64,000 nt of DNA from Vicugna vicugna (lineage: Eukaryota), in NCBI GenBank assembly GCA_013265495.1, contig MU057840.1, positions 1 to 64,000 of the forward strand. The letters run 5' to 3'. The position numbers were made by a program, and so were the translations under genes. Numbering within the stretch: position 1 is the stretch's first letter; every line of letters begins with the position of its first letter. Below the pieces are notes generated by a model that saw only the letters and a list, made by a program, of their open reading frames with translations, did not search any database and had not been told where the DNA came from. Positions 38,950-52,200 of this stretch are shown here, piece by piece.

Positions 38950-40207
38950 CTGCCATGAGGAAAGACAGCACGACGTTTTTGGAGGTGACCTACAAACTGC
39001 ATTTAATGAAACTTGTTCTAGTTTCATGGACACGGGGAAACTGGCTGACACCATGGCTTAGAACCAAGTATCTTACCAGTTCAGTCCATTTGAAAGTTAA
39101 CTATGAGACAGGGCTCTGAAAACCACAAGCATTTTATGGATGTAATAGGTTACTATTTATATTCTACTAAAATGGTGATTTTTTTTTTAAAGCTTACATT
39201 TAGTCACACTGTTCTAACTCAGTGGTTCTTAATCACTTTGCACCTCACACTTTTGGGGGAATCTAAGGAAAACCATGGACTCCTTCACACAACAATACAT
39301 ATTAAGTACAAACTTCAGCCCACAATACAGACAGCACAGGGGCCTTCGGGGTCCATAAAATGTTCTGCTCTAAGTCAGTCACATGTAAGCTTTGCCTATA
39401 GATCACTCACCTTAAACACAACGTGCCGCTGACCATACTGACTCTATCCAGAGACAGGAATAGCCCTGCAGTGCTGGTGACACTGAAATCCCAATTAAGA
39501 GCCCTGCTACTGACCAGCAGTCTAGTTAGTTTGCAGCTCAAGCCATCTGGAATGTCTGCCACCAGTTCGGAGCTTTCATTGTCAATTTCTCTATTTGGTA
39601 ACCAAAGCCAAATACACAAAACCCAGAGCCATCAAAATACTTGTTTCTAATCATTATAATGAAAAGGCCCACTGAGATCAAGAGACTGGTACCACTTTCA
39701 CAAGCACAACTGCAAAGCAAACCAATCATAAGGTAATGCACTTTGGATGTATCTGAAAGTTCTTAGGAAATCTGAAGGATCACAAACATACATTAAAAGT
39801 ATCCCTTTGGTATATTAAATGACCTGCTTCCACTGGTCTTTCTTCCTGACATTTTCTTCTCTTGACCACTCCTGCTGTTGATGAAAAACCTGTCCCTCTG
39901 CTCATGTGGACACATTTCCATCTCTAGCCACTACCCTTCCAGGTAAGAACTAATGCCAAGAAGGCAACTGAAGTTGCTAAGAGGTATTGCCTGGCCTGAA
40001 AAGAGCAGAAGTGGGTACTGGCTGATGCTCGGAGCAGGCTGGGACACCTGACAAGATGTCTTAAGCATGGACAGACGCTGGGCCCCAAAGGAGAAGTTTC
40101 TAAGCCTCCATGAGACTTGCTGGATAGGAAGGAAAAGTCCCAGACTATAGCTCTGATCCCACCACGCGCTTCCTGGGCCAGGCTGGGCAAGTCATTTAAA
40201 TTCTCTA

Positions 40208-40512
40208 GGCCCGTGCTGTCCACCATGGGAGCCACCAGCCACATGCAGCCATTGAGTACTTGAAATGTGGCATCTGAATTGAGATGTACTATAAATGTAA
40301 ATTAATATACACTGGATTGAAAAAAAAATTACCAAAAAGATGTGAGATCTCTCATTAATAATGATACTGATAAATGTTAAAATGCTAATATTCTAGATAT
40401 AGAGTAAAACATAACACATTATTAAAATTCATTTCATTTTTCTCTTTACCTTTTCTAATGTGGCTACTAGAAAATTCTGAGTTACCTGTGTGGCCCCCAT
40501 GATATTTCTTAG
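40208..40512. mobile_element. MER33-like hAT-Charlie fossil
   Basis: gtgctgtcca...agccacatg...tgagtacttgaaatgtggc...tgtggctactagaaaatt. Confidence 0.7.
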
Positions 40513-41319
40513 GATCCTAGCTGGTTCCAGACCTCAATTTCTTAACCACTATTCAATTAGGAAATTATGTGCTGAGCACTGGGCCAGAAACTGGAGACAC
40601 AAATTGAGCAAAATAAACCTATCTCTGCCCTCATTAGGAGGGGAAAGTCCAATAGACAGAAAAAGACCAACAGGCAATGATAACTGGGTTACACACTATG
40701 CAAGTACCATGAGAGGGACAGAAAGGGATACCTATTCCTTGAAGTGGCCTCGGAATGGAGCAGGGAAGGCGGGGCCCGGGCAGGGGCCCAGCATCTCCCC
40801 CACATTTCCACTGCGGAAGTCGACCCTCCCTCTGAGAGCCACGCGCCTCACCTACCTTACATGATCTCAGGTACTGTTACCTCTGCAACGAAATCACGAA
40901 CTACTGAGGGCAAGGATGCTTAGATTTTCCTAGCCCTGATAGCACTTTACATATAGGAAGATCTCAAAACATCTGATAACTACTGCATGGTTTCCAGAGA
41001 CAATGTCCAACATACATCAAGAATATTCTTTCTCCCCACCCCTCTCCACACACACACACACACACACACAGAGACATCAAGCATCTGGAAGATGAATGAG
41101 TGACAGTGGCAGGTAGACTAAAAGGAGAGAAATTATCATAAAAGGAACGGACACAAAGATAGAAGATGGGAAGAAAATTAGCAAAAAACAGTCTAGGAAC
41201 CCAAACATTATCAAACCTGGGCAAAAAAATAACATGAAGAAATGAAGTAACCAAGGAGGTTCAGTGACACGCGCACAGTGTTGTTTCCCAAGGATCAATA
41301 AAGCGCAAGCGCAGATCAC

Positions 41320-41445
41320 GGGTGCTTTCCTGAGCAGCTCCTGGGGGAGCCCCCCGTCACACCTTGCAGAAACGCCGACTGTGCACATGGTCTGTGAGAA
41401 GAGGTCTTCAAGGGGCGTCCTGGCCCGTGACCTGTCCACCTCTAC
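41320..41445 (-). pseudogene. COL12A1: COL12A1-like exon VEVDRSRARTPLEDLFSQTMCTVGVSARCDGG/PPGAAQEST, 4-nt deletion
   Basis: cttatag acceptor, weak gtgatc donor, 126 nt versus 130 expected. Confidence 0.87.
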
Positions 41446-42394
41446 CTATAAGAGAGCCTAAAAATGCATGGACCAGAGCCATGTCTCTCACCACTGTCTG
41501 GTAAATGTCAGCCTAGGAATTCAAACAACAGAATCGTTTCCCCTGCCTCCCTTCACATCACTGCCTTATTCCTCTCAGAGAAATTCTCCTGTGTATTAGC
41601 TTATTTATTACACACAAGAAGTGAGACCCCATGGTCATTGTACTCCTTTTGAAATTGAACCCTGGAAAGAAATGAACATGTTCATGTGTATAAATGAGCT
41701 TCTGGACAACCCAAAGGAGCAGCACAGGCATAACTGGGAGCTTACAGAAACTATCTCTAGCTTCCAAAAATGCCTCTGAGATCCTCACATGAATGGCCCC
41801 TCCAGCAAACGTGTTTTAAATCCATTTGCAGCTGAAGCCCCTCGACTTGCTCCCACTTGGAAGCAGGTTGTCACGGATACAGCTCTCCACCCCCAACATC
41901 ATCTCAAAAATGCTCAGTGCCAAGGCACACTCCTCTAACATGCTATTCATGCTTTCCCTTCATCCTACTCAACTGTCCTGTACTCCTTTTACCTGACAAC
42001 CCCCCGTCTCTTTCGAGCATCCCCTTGCTAGCTCTCATTTTTAGAAACATTATTATGACAATTTTTAGTCATCCATAGATGGCAGAGCACCATAACAGGT
42101 ATCTGGACGAGAGGGAAACACCACCTAGAGTCTATAACTCTTCATCTACTAAGGGATGATGTTTCTGAGATTAACATCACACAGCAAACCATTTCTAAAC
42201 AAAATGCGAGACAGCCCAACATATTATCAATATTCTAACAGTGCTTTATTAATATATAATAGAACAAGTTTCCAACACTAGATCAATGAAATGACAAGTA
42301 TGCAAAATATGCTACCATCTATGCTTGTTTAGGTTCTTTTGTTAAACCTACTAGGAAAACAAGTATTTCTAAACCCATTCTAATCTCAACCTAC

Positions 42395-42531
42395 CTCTCT
42401 GACAACCTCTTCTGGTGTTTTGCAGCGGACAATGTATTTATGCACTTTTCCAGGGGCAGGTTCCCACAAGACATTCCTGGTGCTGCGAGTCACATCTCGG
42501 AGTTCCAGGTCTCAAGGACTGGGCAAAGGCC
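42395..42531 (-). pseudogene. COL12A1: COL12A1-like exon [44 protein letters not shown], in-frame TGA at 42512-42514
   Basis: tctccag acceptor, gtaggt donor, 137 nt. Confidence 0.9.
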
Positions 42532-44435
42532 CTGGAGATGCAGGACAAATTAGGTCCAGAAGCGGTTCTCAACCACAAAGCTCTAAAGCATCCACACAAG
42601 CTTTCAAGAAGTTGTTTGGAGAAAACTTAAAGGTGCGCAGCAGAGTAACAAACTGGTTATGATGACACAAGCACCATGATTCTACCAGGTACAGCTGCAT
42701 TCTTCTTAAGAAGGCTTCTTAAAAATACGGTAAATTTAAATTTTTATTCCAACTCTAACTTCTCTATGTTAAATTTCTTCTACTCTATTTAAATAAGTCT
42801 TATTTGTTGCTCGGCTATAATAAAGCATAATTCACCATTAAGTGTATAGCTCATGTTTCTTTACAGATAGTTACAGCAGTTCAGAAAGAAATCAAAATCG
42901 GCGATATGCTCCCTTAAGAATGTTACAGAAAAACAAACGGTTACAAGGGTGAAGGGTGAAGATGAGCTGAACTTCAGCGCAGAAGTCTAAACGGTTGGGA
43001 GAAAATCCCCATGAAAAATCCACGACGTTATTGTGGTACAATCTCTGTACAGTAAACTACACATATTTTAGATGCACAATTTGATGAATTTTGACAGATG
43101 TGGACACCTATGAAGCCACCACCACAATCAAGAGACCTAACATTTCCACTGGGAGTTTGAAATTTGCACTTGGAGATTTTCTTCTGCTCTCTGAGACATC
43201 TCTCAGTCTTTCTAGCTGTCTATCTAACCAAGTTCCTTTGTCTCTTTCAGCTCTGTGCATCTCTCTTCCCGAATCTCTGTCTCCACCTCTGTCCCTTCAG
43301 TGTTTTTGTCTCTGTGCCCTCCCATCCTCTGCTGCTGCAGTCCAGACCCACATCCCAACCTAGAACCACACTCATCTCTCCTCGCACCGTGACTCTTGGG
43401 ACTTCTCCCCCAGCACTCCCAGCACACGCCTCCACCCCTGGCTGGCTCCTCACTCTTCCCATCTGCCACCACTCCACTCCTGCAGACCACCAGCTCCCGA
43501 GAGGACCCAACATATACAAGACAATTACTTGCTGTCAATTAACGTCTCCTGCCCCACCTTGCAGGTGCTTCTTTTCTGTCTCACCATGCTTGTCTCATCT
43601 CCTTCCCCCGTTGAAGGCTCTTTCCAACATCTTAATTTCCTCAGAAATGTGAGCTGAGATTCTTGACATTTAAGCCATCTCATTCATCCCAGTGTGCCCA
43701 CCTCAAGAAGCAAGAAACAAAACTAGGCAAGGCCAGGGTCCTAGATGCAATCACTGACACTTTTCAAGAAATAACACCTAAATGCTACTGACACAAACCA
43801 GGAACACAAAAGGGGCTGAGCACACACATGAGAAGTGCAAACCACGAAGGAGTCCATGTGCTCCGTGCTGTCTGTATTATTCATTCCCAACACCTAAGCA
43901 CAGGACTGGAGTGTCCTAGATGATCAGTATGTTGTGACATTGAGTTTGTTGATTAAATAATTTACTTAACTGAAAGAGATTACTCATATGTGCCACAGAA
44001 TTTCTACTTCAACAAGAATGTGGAACATCTTGATCTTAAACTTAGTATCTTCCACCAAAACTGCACTCACCAAACATTCCTGTCTCGCCAGTGCTATACA
44101 CCATCTTTCATGGATCTACAACATAGACTGTAAGATGCTCCAATCCTTTCTGTCTTATTCCCCGACTGACACCTCACCAAAAACAACTGTCAGACACCAC
44201 TCAAAATCAGGCATGTTTAATACGGAAAGATAAATGCAAATCCTAGAACCAATGCAAGATGCTGCCGCAAGGCTAGAAATTATCTTAATTCTCAAATTTG
44301 ACTGCAGTAAGTAATTATCCTGTAACTTATGTACAAATGATCAAATTATTGTTGGCATCATCGAGTAGAAGAAACAGCCTAACAAACATGATGTTCACAG
44401 CAACAAGGGAAGAAGGAAAACCAGCGACGTCTTAC

Positions 44436-44565
44436 AGGTGACCTCCCTTGTGCTGACAGGTTCGCTGGCGAGGTCACACACGATGGCCTGGACCATGACC
44501 GTGTACTCGGTGTTGGCAAAGAGCCCCCTCAGCAGCATGCCGCTCACTGTCAGCCCCACTCGCAT
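44436..44565 (-). pseudogene. COL12A1: COL12A1-like exon MRVGLTVSGMLLRGLFANTEYTVMVQAIVCDLASEPVSTREVT; open
   Basis: tctgcag acceptor, gtaaga donor, 130 nt, phase 0-1. Confidence 0.9.
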
Positions 44566-44624
44566 CTGCAGATGGACATGCCGAAGGGAGTGAGATGCTC
44601 AAATTACACTAACTTGTAACCACT

Positions 44625-45062
44625 AGATTTTGTTTTCTTTTCCATTATACTTTATCAAAAGATATTGATTACACTTCCCGTGTACACAGTAGGTCTTTGT
44701 TGTTTTATCTCTTTTATATATAGTAGTGTGTATCTGCTAATCCCAAACTCCTCATTCTTCCCTCCCCTCTTTCCTATTTGGTAACTGTAAGCTTGTTTTC
44801 TGTACCTGTGAGTGTGTTTCTGTTTTGTAAGTTCATTTGTATCATTTTTTTAGATTCCATATGTAAGAGATATCATACAATATTTATCTTTCTCTGTCTG
44901 ACATAGTTCACTTAGTGTGACAATCTGTATGTAGGTCCTTCCATGTTGCTGCAAATGGCATTGTTTCATTCTTTTTTATGGCTGAGTAATATTCCATTGT
45001 GTGTATGTGTATGGATAAAGATGAATATTCCACTTATTTATCCATTCATCTGTCCATAAACA
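44625..45062 (-). mobile_element. L1 3' fragment inside a COL12A1-like intron
   Basis: ttagattccatatgtaag...ttttatggctgagtaatattccattgtg. Confidence 0.8.
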
Positions 45063-45282
45063 TGCACATGAGACAACTTTTATTTTTCATTTCTCTGAAC
45101 TGCTTTTCCTTTCTCATGCTAGTGTTTCCTAAGATGTGTCATGGGCCACAAATCTAACCTGTTTTTCTATTTCACATGTAAAGATATATAAATGAGTTCG
45201 TAAGTCACTGCTGTTTCATGGAGACTCTAAAACAGTGAGGTCTTAGGAAGACCCAAAGATAAAGAAAACAAACATCTCCCAC

Positions 45283-45425
45283 CTCTTTGGGTTTGGTCGG
45301 TTCTATGGCATTAATGGGTTCATATAACAAGGTGTATCCAGCAGCCCCTCCCACTGGCTGCCACTGGACCTGCCTGGTGGTAGAGCCAACATCATAAAGA
45401 TTGAGGCTGACTACAGGGACTGGTA
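45283..45425 (-). pseudogene. COL12A1: COL12A1-like exon [47 protein letters not shown]; open
   Basis: cctacag acceptor, gtggga donor, 143 nt, phase 1-0. Confidence 0.92.
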
Positions 45426-46888
45426 CTGTAGGAATGTAAAAGCAGACATCAGTCTAATTCCTCTTACTCTGCTCATTTTTCAATTGCTGTCTCCCACTTA
45501 ATCATTGATATCTGTACGTACTAAATAGAGAAGGGATTGCTGTGAGAAATCAGTGGGAGTTAATACAATTCTTTCCTTTCCAAAAAAAAAAGCTCCTCAG
45601 GCTCATTGTTTATCTCCACCTCATACCCAGGGACTTCATGTTATAACTATTTCACAGAGAAAAGAAGTTTAAACTTAAAACGCCATTCCAGTGAGTCCAT
45701 ATGGCAGCCAGAACAGACCAACCTCCTGAGATTTTGATCTGTTTTTCTGGAACATCTTTAAGTTGATTTTTGTTCTTCAATCAGAGAATTTCATACATAA
45801 AAAACCAACACAGTATTTCATTTCATCCTTCTTTTTTAAAAATTTTAAACAAGCGTGCCATATACTAGTAAGTGAAACCTAGGGGACGATGGGCTTTTTG
45901 TAGATCAGCCCATGAGGCAGAGTAAAAGGTTTACAGTCTCCTCTTCATGTAGCACCCACACAGCTTTTTATTTTTTGTCCAAAGATTAAGTTTAAGGTTT
46001 TAAGGAACTATCAGATTAATCCTGCCCATTATGAAATACATTACTTCCCACCTCTGCTGGTCTAACATGAAAGGAAATGAGAGAAGGGATAAGGACCTAA
46101 GAGACCGGGCAGTGAGTAGGGTCAATTCTTGCCTTGGAAAGAGTTACGCCCACTCCTTCCTCTTACGAGCAACCTCCCTCCTTCCCAGAGACCAGCCAAG
46201 AAGATGGGAGGAGGAAAGGGTATTTTCATATGGCTTCAGACACCCTACCGGGAAGAGGAGTGAGGAACATCTTGCCCAAAAGCTCTACTCAAAGCCAAAG
46301 CCATCAGAGCTTCTCTAGCAAAGGCCAGAGTCCAAAAGGCAGGGGAGAAAAAGGGGAGATCTCACTGCCAGCATGAAGATCTGGCCACGTGCAGCACTGA
46401 ACCCGGTCATTCCTGCACAGCTGCTCTTCAAGAAAATCCTAGACCCACTCCCTACACGGTCTCTTCCCTTAAGAAGTGGAGAACTACTTGTAGATAGGTC
46501 ATGGTTAGAGTAAAAGCCATATAGTTTAGGTGCCTAAGCAAATGACATTTTGGGTGTTGACAGCTCTGATTTCATTAATAAATTGTAAGTAATTCTAAAA
46601 ACGTGAAGAAAAAAAGTGTGTAACTGAGAAGGGTACTTTTCCCCATGAGGTATCTGTGGCCATGACTACCCATTCCACCCCTGGGGCCCCGTGACGGCAG
46701 GACCAGTCAGCGCAAGCAGAAAACCACACGGTGTTTGTCGAGCACGAGCAGCGCACTCAGTAACTGTGCGCTGAATGGATACTGAATAAAGGAATGCTTC
46801 GGAAGGCTGACAAAAATCCCACATGGACTTTCACCTCTTTATCTTAAAAAATAAAACAAGAAGATCTTTTTTTAAAAAATGGACTTAC

Positions 46889-47000
46889 AGGTTTTTCTGT
46901 GTCCTTCATCCTCTACCACTGAAGACATGTCAACAACGCACTCAGTGTCGGGCTTCAGGTCTTTCAGGACTGCGCTACTTTCCAATCGGCTCACGTAAAA
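46889..47000 (-). pseudogene. COL12A1: COL12A1-like exon [37 protein letters not shown]; open, 18 nt shorter than expected
   Basis: ccccctag acceptor, gtaagt donor, 112 nt, phase 0-1. Confidence 0.9.
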
Positions 47001-47543
47001 CTAGGGGGAAAGTTAAAAAATAAAAACAACTTATGTTATCGCTTCCCTGTTTTCTACTACAATTGCACTGCAGTAGTTCTGCAACGACCTTTGAAATTAG
47101 ATTTTAATGAGGCTCTTGTCATTTGTTTTTGGAAACCACCAGATTACAGTGAGATCTTGGACAATTCACACAATTTATTCTCCCAGCTGCTGCTTATCTG
47201 TAAAATGTGTGGGCAAAACTAGATCATCTTCCATGTTCCCTTCCTCCTCTATGATCTTGCATAAACTCATGGATAAATTAAGCATCCTCTAAGAAAATTT
47301 AAATTAAAAATTGTATTGCTATTCTGCAACTCTTAGAAACTGTAAGAATTTAAGTCAAGTCCTTTCCTTCTAATTAAGCCCAAACAGAAGTGCCTGCTTA
47401 CCAAGAAATGGAAAGCACCCTAGACTCAGTTCAGCCCCGTCTCCATGCCTCTTGCTCCTCGCCCAGCACTGTGCTCAGAGCCCTGACAAGGAGGCCCCGA
47501 GCTCTCGACCAGGAGGAGGGTGCTGCAGGAGGTGTCTACTCAC

Positions 47544-47681
47544 TGCTTGCCATTCCCCTCCAGAAACTGGGTGGAATTCCACCTTGTATCTACGTACGCT
47601 GTCAGAAGGAGGTGCCAGCTCACTCTCAAAGGACAATGCATTTGCTCAGAAATGATAGGTTAGGAGGTGCTTGCAAGTCAC
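47544..47681 (-). pseudogene. COL12A1: COL12A1-like exon DLQAPPNL/ISEQMHCPLRVSW/PPSDSVRRYKVEFHPVSGGEWQA, two 1-nt deletions
   Basis: gagtag acceptor, gtgagt donor, 138 nt versus 140 expected from the protein. Confidence 0.87.
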
Positions 47682-47756
47682 CTACTCGTGGAAATAAAGT
47701 GCATACGCTTTCTCCACTGTTAAGTAAGGTGATGACATTTAAATTAGGTTGAAAAG

Positions 47757-47880
47757 AGGGGCGGGTATAGCTCAGTGATAAAGCGTGTGCTTAGCATTCA
47801 CAAAGTCCTGGGTTCCAGCCCCAGTACCTCCATTAAAATAAGTAAATAAACCTAATTACCTTGCCTCATGAAAAGACAAA
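47757..47880 (+). mobile_element. tRNA-derived camelid SINE (Vic-1-like)
   Basis: gggtatagctcagtg (A box), ggttccagccccagtacctcc (B box), taaacctaattacc tail. Confidence 0.8.
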
Positions 47881-48404
47881 TTTTTTTAAGTCATACTTTA
47901 GAAAAATAAAAAATAAATTAAGTTGAAATGACTTTCCTCTCCATATTTCAAGCTTATAAACATATTCTTTCACATACTAAGTAGTCACAGTAAGTCAGTT
48001 TAGAGGCCCAGTCCCAGAAGTCCTCTCTGAATGGACGGTCAAAGGGCTCCTCAGCCTCAGAAGACTCAACCCTGAGCTCATTCTCATTAAAACTTGCTCC
48101 CCTTCTTCCGGTTGGCACCCCAAGTTTATCAGTCACCTAGAGCTCAAAACCTCTGAATCATCCTTGAATACTTTCTCCTTCTCTTTAACCTGGTACATGT
48201 ATCAATAAATGACTGGGGTCCTGACAGTTCCACCGCCTCTATCACTTGGCACCACCCAAGTTCACTGCCCTCATTGTCATTTTGATTATCTATATTCATG
48301 TCTTATCTCCTTAACTGCAAGTTATGCTCCGTGCGGACAGAACTGGTTTCTTACTCACATCTAGTTCCCTGACAAGATCTAATTCAGCGATAAAAGCAGC
48401 TGAC

Positions 48405-48484
48405 CATTTTCTCATCCAAAACAGAGGAAGAACCACCAAATTTTCTAAAACTTGGTAAGATTCTACTGCCTGTGATTGTTTTCC
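48405..48484 (-). other. Candidate exon, unidentified (KTITGSRILPSFRKFGGSSSVLDEKM or GKQSQAVESYQVLENLVVLPLFWMRK)
   Basis: gtttccacag acceptor, gtcagc donor, 80 nt, two open frames. Confidence 0.3.
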
Positions 48485-48884
48485 CTGTGGAAACCAGTAT
48501 AGGTGAGATGACTAATGCAGAAATATATTTGGAGTAAATATTAATGAAAATAGAAATATTCAGTTCAGTAAGACCATTAGAAAGATGTCCCAAATAATCA
48601 TTATAGGAGAACTGATCCAATGACTTCATGAGCATGCCTTTCATTCTCAAATAAATCCATTCTACTTTCTTTGTAAGCCAAAGCTGGGAAAAAGCATTTC
48701 CATTCTTAGTGTATCCTAATCTTAATTGTACCAAATTATCAAGCAATTTTACTGCCTGGGAAACTAAATGGATGCAACTAGTACACAGTGTGTATTAAAA
48801 AAAATTTTTTCAAACAGATAAAAGACGTTTTCATCCACATTCAAAGTTCTGACTAAATAAAACTACAACTCTCTTAGCTAATCC

Positions 48885-48925
48885 AGGGAGGAGGGGGAGG
48901 AGGAGGGGGAGGAGGGGGAGGAAGA
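48885..48925. repeat. G-rich (GGA/GGG) simple repeat
   Basis: agggaggagggggaggaggagggggaggagggggaggaag. Confidence 0.8.
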
Positions 48926-49233
48926 GGCAGCTTTTTCCCCCTTACCTATGCCCAGAACAGAGATCTGCTTCCACAGGCCTTGACTAGGGGCTTATTGGTG
49001 GGAGGAGATGGTGCCTACCCACAGCTGGTTTTTAAATTAAAATATCCTTAACTGTGGTTATTTCTGTACAGTAGGCTTATAAAGGATGTTTATTTTCCTT
49101 TGTGCTCTTTTAAATTGTCCCTAAGTTCTAGAATACACATAAAAACATTTTTCCTTCCTTGATCAAAACATACACACACAAACACCTCTTTAAAAGGAAG
49201 ATTGCCTAGATACAACACCTCCTCAACACTCAC

Positions 49234-49279
49234 AGCTTCGGCAACTGCCGTTTTCACTATCCGAAAAGTCTGAATGGCC
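49234..49279 (-). other. Candidate small exon, unidentified (GHSDFSDSENGSCRS or AIQTFRIVKTAVAEA)
   Basis: catttcag acceptor, gtgagt donor, 46 nt. Confidence 0.3.
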
Positions 49280-52200
49280 CTGAAATGCATTACTTCAATA
49301 TTTTGCAGCTTCATGAATATGAATCTCACCTCAGAGCTCATAGGTAGAAGTGAGTCCCGTGGCCAGGGGACAGTCCCCTAGGCACCCAGCACCCACATCT
49401 CAGCCCAGCTTTGTTCTCTATGTACCTTCACGTCTCTCATGAAGGATCTGAGGAAACTGCTTGATCTTTTCATTAGTACTTTACTGTGCTTCATGAGGGA
49501 ATAAAATATATTTATGCACCATGGTTTTTGAAACACCTAACATTGTTCAAGGTTTCAGGACATACATTTTACAAGCGTCAGTCTCCCACAGTATATGAAC
49601 GGTTAAACAGCATCCCTGTGGAGGACAGGGAGTAACACTGGTTTGTTGAAGCTGCTAGATGAGTTTATGCACTACATAAATTTAACAAAGCAGTAAGTGA
49701 AAAGTATTCATACACAATCCACATCTTGTTTCATTCCCCCAAAACAAATATAAAAAGGTGATACAATACGTCAAAAAAAAAAAAACTCGAATATGAAAGA
49801 GATGAAAAGATAGCCCCAGGTCCACTGCTCTCCTACTCCCCGCTGAGGTCATCACTGTGAGCAGAAGGCGTACACTGCTGAAGAATTTTAATGCACATAT
49901 TTTTTCCACCCTTATACAAATGGTAGAATTCATGGAGTAATCCTATTCATATTCCATGGATAGTGTTTTTTACTCTACAGTATTTTATACCTACCTTTCT
50001 GTGGCCTAGCTGTTGATCAGTTTTATCTTTCTTAAATTCCACAAGATACTAAACCAGGGCCCTACTGGTGGACACTGTTTCCATGAATATCTTTTACATA
50101 CGTTACTGTCCACATTCACAAGGGAAACGACTATGCCTAAAAAAACACCTGTTAAAAATGGTGATCACCACCCTCTGAAAACAACTGTGCCAACTCATAC
50201 TCCTTCCATCAGTATGAGAGCGCCCACTTCCCTGAACCGTCACTAACAATGGATTCATCTACATCGTTTTGACCAATTTTGCTTCACTTACATTTTCTTG
50301 AATAAGTGAGACTCAGTATTTTCTTCAGATGTAAATTGACCACGTGCATTTCTCCTCCTTATTCATGTATTTGCCCAACTACTTTTTTTCATATATACAT
50401 TACAAATATTTGTTTCAAGTTTATCATCTTTTTCTACTTTTGTTTACGGCATCGTTTACCATTATGCAGTTAAATCTATGCATTTCTGGCCTTGGTGATA
50501 TACTTGGAAGGATCTCCCTCCGACAACAAGATCAAAAAAGATGTTTTCCTATAATGTCCCTGTGGTTTTATTTTTCACACTAAATCCTGAAACCTCTCAT
50601 TACTTTGGGAAGATATGAGTTAGGGATGAAATTCATGTTTCCCACATAAATTGTCATTTACAGTAATACCATTTATTGACTACTTTCTTCTTTCCTCCAC
50701 TGATTTGAAATTCTTCCTTTGCCGTATAACACATCCCCACCTACACATTCCTGCCCAGCACCTGCTGCTTTAGTACTTCTAGGCCATGACTTGCTTCATC
50801 TCTGCCCTGCTCCATTATGTTTAAAACTTTTTTAGTCTCTCTTAACAATATCTGTGTATGGAAGAAATGCTTAAGTAATTAGAATAAGTTTAGGGAGTAA
50901 TTTTGGGGAAAACTGACATCTCTGTCATGTTGGGTCTTCTCACCCAAGAACATGCCATGGCTCTGTCTGTCCTGTAACGCTTTATAATTTGTTCATCGGG
51001 GTCTTGCATAGTTCTCATTAACTGTATTCTTCAGTACTCTGAGCTTTCACTGCAACTGCGAATAGGATCCTTTGCTATATACAGGAAAGCAATTGTTTTG
51101 CCTATTAATTTTCTATTTGGCCAGCTGACTAAACGTTTTAGCTCCATGTTAACAACTTATTTATCCAATTAGTATCTGTATTTAATTTTTAATTGAAGGC
51201 TGGAAAGGCAGACTTCCTGCTCAGCCCTGCTCTCCAGAGACAGCTACTGTGACACATTCCTCCCCACTTCCAGCTGACCCTCTTGAAACGTTCTAGGTGT
51301 GTCGATACCTTGGTCTTTCCTCTTCAGTATTTATTCTTGGTTCTTTTCCTCATCTATTGCCTCGTCCCTCACTCAGATTCCTGACTGTAATGGAAAGTCA
51401 TTAGTGCACCACTAGTAGTTATGACATGGATAATCCATGTCTATTTCTATAATAACAGCACGTTTTTTCTTCTAATATTAGAAAGTATGATTTTTGGGGA
51501 GAAAAAAATTAAAATGCCCAAATGTAGATTTTGATAAAATTCCAAATCCATTACTGATTAAATCAGTCTTGCATTATTGGAATACATCCTCCCTGGTTTC
51601 CATTGCTTTAGTACAGCACTAAATTCTATTTGCTAGCATTTTACCTAGGATTCTTTGATTTATATAGTATTAGTAAGAATAAGCGACATTCTCTTTCCTT
51701 TTTGATGATACCAGTTAGGTTTTTAGACCTGGGGTTATTTTAACCTGTCTTACTACGCATCCTTTCAAAGTTAAATAATTTCAGATGCCAGAGGTCTTTC
51801 TCACCATTACTTTTCCTTTTTAAATGAAAGCTAACTTTAACAATTACAGATCCAAAAAGCACACAAGAAATTCTTGCCAAGCAGACTTATAAGCATGTAA
51901 AAGCAAAACACTTATCAGGTAATCACACATCTCCATCCCCATTTAGTAAAGAAATGGGCATCAGTCAACTCTAATTCATCACACTCTGCATTGTCCAAGA
52001 AAAAATCAGAGCTCTTAACTGATATTAGTGGTAAACAAAAAGAGAATGCAGCACTACCAGACCCTATCATACACTTTTTAAAGCGGACAGTAAGCTCTTC
52101 AACAAAATAAAAATCAAATCCGACAGTCCACAGGAAAGCCAGCTGAGATACAGGAGACACGTTTCCAGCCAAACCTAAACACCTCAGGGTGGTCTGGGCC

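Larger units (their letters stand above)
38356..47681 (-). pseudogene. COL12A1: Degenerate unprocessed COL12A1 fragment (collagen XII FN3-repeat region), eight exons
   Basis: Exons in native order match recalled human COL12A1 FN3 repeats (DLEAPSNL..., FYVSRMETS..., [11 protein letters not shown]..., VRLGPTV..., LPLPRPQDL..., VEVDRSET..., PVPAPTNL...WDHGASDVSL, PRSGPRNLRVFGETT...GDPIDEY). Multiple frameshifts and a stop are present. Confidence 0.92.

Noticed and set aside
39411..39590. AG...GTGAGT-bounded open segment between COL12A1-like exons
   Set aside because: The peptide does not match COL12A1, and the flanking exons are already adjacent in the native protein; likely intronic chance.
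47757..47830. tRNA-like A-box and B-box sequence
   Set aside because: It continues into a SINE body and tail shared with copies at 3084 and 17897, so it is a SINE, not a tRNA gene.
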